From Bigelowiella natans CCMP2755 (lineage: Eukaryota; Protista; Cercozoa): a DNA stretch of 64,000 nt. Location: contig ADNK01003488.1 in assembly GCA_000320545.1 (NCBI GenBank), positions 1 through 64,000 of the forward strand. Reading direction: 5' to 3'. Below, piece after piece: positions 59,312 through 64,000 of this stretch; positions within the stretch are counted from its first letter, which is position 1; every line of letters begins with the position of its first letter. Both the position numbers and the translations under genes were made by a program. The notes beneath the pieces were generated by a model. It ran no database searches. It was not told the DNA's origin and was given only the letters and a program-made list of their open reading frames with translations.

Positions 59312-62234
59312 TCAATTCCTTGTGTTGTTCGCTGCTATGGGAGGTACATCATCCAACTTGTTATCGAAAGTAACGCTATTATCAGAACTCGCCGAGAACA
59401 CAGCAGAATTGTTTTTACGCAAAAAGCTTTTAGAGTTGTCGGTTGTTGTTGTTGCTGTTGGCGTCGTTGCTGGGATGAGAGCTGGGGCAAACGGGATAGA
59501 GGAGAGTGGTGTTTTACTATTTGGAGAAGAACAGTTATTGGTATAGGAATTGATGCTGCTTGTACTTGATGAGCGGGTGAGAGGAAGTAGTTCTGGAATA
59601 GTAAGTGCTTTAAGATGATAACGACGGGAAGGAGGAGCTGTAGCAGGAGGGGGAGGCGGAGGTGGACTAGCGCACAAATTGTTGGACGATTTGGAATATT
59701 GATGATGATGATGATGGTGATGACTTGTGGTGGTTGTTGTTCCCCCTCCCGGCCCCCCCGCCCCCCCCCCTCCCCCTCCTCCTCCTTCTTTTGTAACACC
59801 ACTGTAAGGAATGTTGATAGCCGGCGTTGTACTATTCTTCCTCTGTCTCCGCCTCAATTTCTTTGTAGTTATTTGTTCATATATCTTGTTATCCTGACAC
59901 AGTAAGAAAAAAGGAGGTTGTTGTTTGCAATCAATGAATGATGGATATTATTCGTACAAAGCAACAAATAAACGCCCTTGAACAAACGGACGACGGCACC
60001 CAATAGCACAATCATCTAAGAAATATGCTTTCAAAACTGTTTCATTTTTCATCTTTCTTGTATTAACGGAAAAGAACCACTGTGTTTTTGCCAGTTTCTC
60101 AGTTATGAAATTACTTTTGCAAGATAGTTGGTGAGCTTGTTGCACTTGACTTCAAACGAATCCCGAAATGCTTTCAACGTCAATGTACATTTTGTGGTCC
60201 TTAATCCACATGCTAGCGATATAGCATCAACGTCCTTCAGTCATTATCAAATCAACAAATAAACAAACTATGCAAATCAACACCAAGATTCAACGATTAT
60301 ATCTTTACAGCAGCAGACAAAGATGCTATTGCTGTAAGATAATTTAGAACAAATTATACTTAGCGATTATATGATGATGACGACGACGACGACGACACTC
60401 TAATGCGACAACAGCAGATAATATACACAATCAATACTTATACATCAGTTAGATTCTCAAGAAAATTAGTTGTCAGGAAAGTAGTACTAGTTAAAACAAC
60501 AACCCCGAAAAGCAAAAAATCATTCTCCTCCATAGTTGGTTAGTTAGTTGGCTAGTGATTAATCGTGTGTGTTGTGTTGTGTTTGAATGACGACCTTTGT
60601 TGATATGTCGAGACCATATGTCTGCTTGAGAGATAGCAATCCAGCTTGTAGCTCTGATACAGTCACCATCCTCAAAGGGGGGGGGGTAAGAACAAAAGAA
60701 GAAAATAAATGTTTAGATATCAATAGAGATGATTAATGACGGTGATGATAATGAATAAACGGATGATGACGCCGCTCTTACCCGTTTCCTTTGATATCCA
60801 GAAATCGATATAGATTATCCCATTGAATCCTGAGTGGATACTCAAACTGAGGATGAAGCACTAGCACGCAAGATCAAGATGAGAGCTCACACCGCCACCA
60901 CCACCACCTGCTGCTGCTGCTGCTGCTACTACTACTACTACTACGACTACTACTACTACTACTACTACTACGACTACTACTACTACTACTACTACGACTA
61001 CTACTACTACTACGACTACTACTACTACTACTACTACGACTACTACTACGACTACTACTACGACTACTACTACGACTACTACTACGACTACTACTACGAC
61101 TACTTGAGCTTATGCAACAATTGTCCCAGCTTATCAATAACGTTATCCGCGCTTCCAGTTGTTGTTGTTGGTGCTGTTGTTGATGATGATGATGATGTTT
61201 CACCACAATCTGAAGTGGTGATGTTGACAGATGTTTCACCACAATCTGAAGTGGTGATGTTGACAGCATCGTCATCAGTTGTATTCTTATTATTCTCCTC
61301 ATCCTTCATCTTCTTCTTCTTCCTCTTTTGTTCAATGTCATCGATGGTCCCTTCACCCGCCTCTGCGGCTGCCCTTAAATGGCGGAGTATTGGAGCAAAC
61401 CGTTGAAGAAACGATACGTAATCAATAGGCCCTTCGCAAACCACACACAATACAACATGATGACGATGATAGTAGTATTAGCACATAGTAACAGCAGCAG
61501 CGGGACCAGCAGCATGCTGTTGGTGATTAGGAAGGCAGCATTCGAATAGTGGTGGTTTCCATTGTGTTGTCGATAAACACTGATAATAATAATAATAATA
61601 ATAATAATAATATGTACTAGATATAATAATATCACAGTGTGTATATAGTAATATTAAGTAATAATCATCATCAACTCTAGTATACATCTATCACCTTGTG
61701 GCTTATTATCAACACCTAGTTTGGGAAGACCCAGCATGTCCTTTAGTTGTTGTTGTTGTTGTTGATGATGATGATGATGATGATCACGAGGATCATGCTC
61801 ATGATGCCAATGTTGATGTTAATGAAGAAGTGAGTGAAGATAGCAACGTCATACACACACACACACACACACATATGTATATAATTTGAACTAATGAATG
61901 TTTTAAAATAGAAGACCTCAAACTCTTTGAATGGCAAACGAAGTTGCAAGACACGACGTAATCCCCTAATTAGTGTAGTAGTAGTATTAGGAATGATAAC
62001 ATAGTAGAGACTGCAAGATACACTGCTGCATCATCTTCATATGTGATAACAAATACTGCTACGATTGCCCCATCGTACCTCTCCCAAATGTCTCGAGAAA
62101 TAACTCGATTTTTACTCTGAAAGCAGCAGCAGCAGCAGCAGCAGCAGCATATAAAAGGATAATAGTAGAGCAGCAGCAGGTTTATAGCAAGAAGACCATT
62201 TGTCATTGAAAGAAGAAATTCAACCAAGACCCCG

Positions 62235-62270
<36 letters not shown>

Positions 62271-63862
62271 TAATATGTGAGGGAGGACTAGTAGTAATAG
62301 TAATAATAGGCTAAGTCCTTCCTCTTCCTCTTCCTCTTCCTCTTCCACCACCACCAGCAGCAGCAGCAGCAGCATTAGCATTAGCATATGTAGTTTAGCT
62401 ACCAATGAATACCAACCCCTAGTCCTCCTCCTCCTCCTCCTCCTCCTCCTCCTACTACTACTACTACTACTACCAACTACTACTACTACTACTGATACTG
62501 CTCTACTACTAGCACCTTTTGTTGGAAGTAATGTGTCAAAGGTAACCGAGCAAATGATATACGACGAATAAGATGCGAGAGAACCTTATCCTCCAGCTTG
62601 TGAGCTTTGAATCGTAGACAGAATGTTGGTGAAGAGATCTAGTCAACAATAATAAGAAAATACGAGGAATATGAGAAGAACAACTCAAAAGGATCTTGCA
62701 CACTACTACTACTACTACTACTACTATAGTAGTAGTAGTAGTATTCCTGAGGAGTCATTCATTAATTCATTGAGGGGTAGAAGGAGGGAGAGAGACAGGG
62801 TATCTATTATCCTGTGATGATTTGGTACTACTACTACTAACTACAAGCAACAATCAACTTATCATAATCATACAGAACTCACACTTCTAAAGTGGTTTGT
62901 CACTAGATTAAATTGTTTATTTTACTTATACCTTCTCAGCGGTGTAGTTGAGGATTTCATATTTGAGGTGGTGTTGTTGTTTTTGTAGAGTATTCTTCTG
63001 TGTGTGATGATGAGGCTTATCATCACAAGCAGCAGCAGCAGCTAAACCACAACCACTAGTAGTAGACAACAACGACGAATCGATGTCATCATGATCATCA
63101 TCCCCTTTTGCTTCTTCTTCTTCTTCTTCTTCTTCTTCTTCTTCTTCTTGAGGAGGACGAGGAGGAGAAGGAAGAGAGAATATGGCAATGGCCCCTTTGT
63201 TGGAAGATTCTCCAACATAGCATGATGCTGAAAATACCTACATATTCACAGGCATACCATACATGCATACAAACAACAAGCGTGTTGTAGTATAAGAAGA
63301 CCGAAGACAATAACAACCAACAACAACAACAACAACATGGATAGATGATAGATAGAGACCACACATGCAGATATATGATAACAATAATGCAAATAGAGAG
63401 GTGGAGGAAGTGGTGGTGGTGGTAGGAGGAGGAGGAGGAGGAAGAAGAAGAGAAATAGAGGATCAACCATACTTGATAGAATATAATATTCTAGGAGTGA
63501 TTAGTAGATATATCTTCTTCTTCTTCGACTTCTATGATTATAGAACGATGACCGTGAGGCATTTGCCACCATGAGAGACTTCAAAGCCTTCTTCCTTGTA
63601 CTCGTGACTACGCACCTTAGGAGATGTAACGATCAGATAAAAGATGAAAAGATAACTTACTTTTTTGACATCATTATGTGCTATATCACATTAAGATAAT
63701 GGGTCGGATGATGGGGAGGAGGAGGAGGGGGGGGATTTAGGGAAAAGGAGTACTTATACATTTCTATCAGTTGACTACTGGTGATGGCTACTGTTTAATA
63801 CCAGCAAATGACAACCCACAAGTTGAAGAAAGTCTCTACATGCATCAGCACCGAAGACAGTT
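59312..63862 (-). CDS. PPP-family Ser/Thr phosphatase with EF-hands (PPEF/rdgC-like); 5' part lies beyond the right edge
   Basis: Exons give TVFGADACRDFLQ, VRSHEYKEEGFEVSHGGKCLT|VFSASCYVGESSNKGA, then GLRRVLQLRLPF, GPIDYVSFLQRF and FLDIKGNG|MVTVSELQAGL. The gene ends either at TAA 60103 or in the low-complexity exon 59312-59893. Confidence 0.85.
60888..61103. repeat. Compound and higher-order microsatellite (CAC)n(CTG)n[(CTA)3-6 CGA]n
   Basis: Direct inspection. It lies within the phosphatase gene. Confidence 0.95.
61194..61266. repeat. 36-bp in-frame tandem duplication (VNITTSDCGETS x2)
   Basis: gatgtttcaccacaatctgaagtggtgatgttgaca occurs twice in tandem. Confidence 0.92.
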
Positions 63863-64000
63863 CTAACAAATGAAAGAAGAAGAAGAAGAGGGAGGTAATG
63901 ATGAGTACTTGCTGCTACTGCTACTGCTACTACTACTTCTACTACTATTAATTAGTAATGCTACTTCTCCATGAGTGCAATAGTAGGATCATTCATTCAT

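Overview
Intron-rich eukaryotic genomic DNA from a flagellated protist (taxon not determinable here). I reconstructed about 13 protein-coding genes by hand-splicing GT-AG introns: a DENN-domain Rab GEF (-, runs off the left edge), a PIG3-type quinone oxidoreductase, ATM kinase, an NPHP1-like protein carrying EF-hands, an SRPBCC/polyketide-cyclase protein, a G-protein alpha subunit, DNAAF2/kintoun, a membrane-anchored GH16-like protein, a Tim44-like protein, a TMEM17/216-family protein, a PPEF-type phosphatase (-, runs off the right edge) and two hypothetical proteins. One intact Ty3/Gypsy LTR retrotransposon (35395-41110) has identical 326-bp LTRs. The most striking signal is compositional. 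Every intergenic gap containing a gene 3' end holds an island in which the dinucleotide TA is partly or almost completely missing, except inside CTAG, which is spared and even enriched. For example, 10865-12255 has 11 TA in about 1.4 kb, all in CTAG, while CG stays common. Local duplications differ by TA/TG and CA/CG changes. This points to an 'inverse RIP': a TpA-targeted A>G hypermutation system acting on silent or repeated DNA. The retrotransposon sits inside such an island but is itself TA-rich, and its polyprotein ends in a degenerate DNA N6-adenine-methyltransferase-like domain, a candidate counter-defence or targeting module. All counts are by eye and the mechanism is inference.
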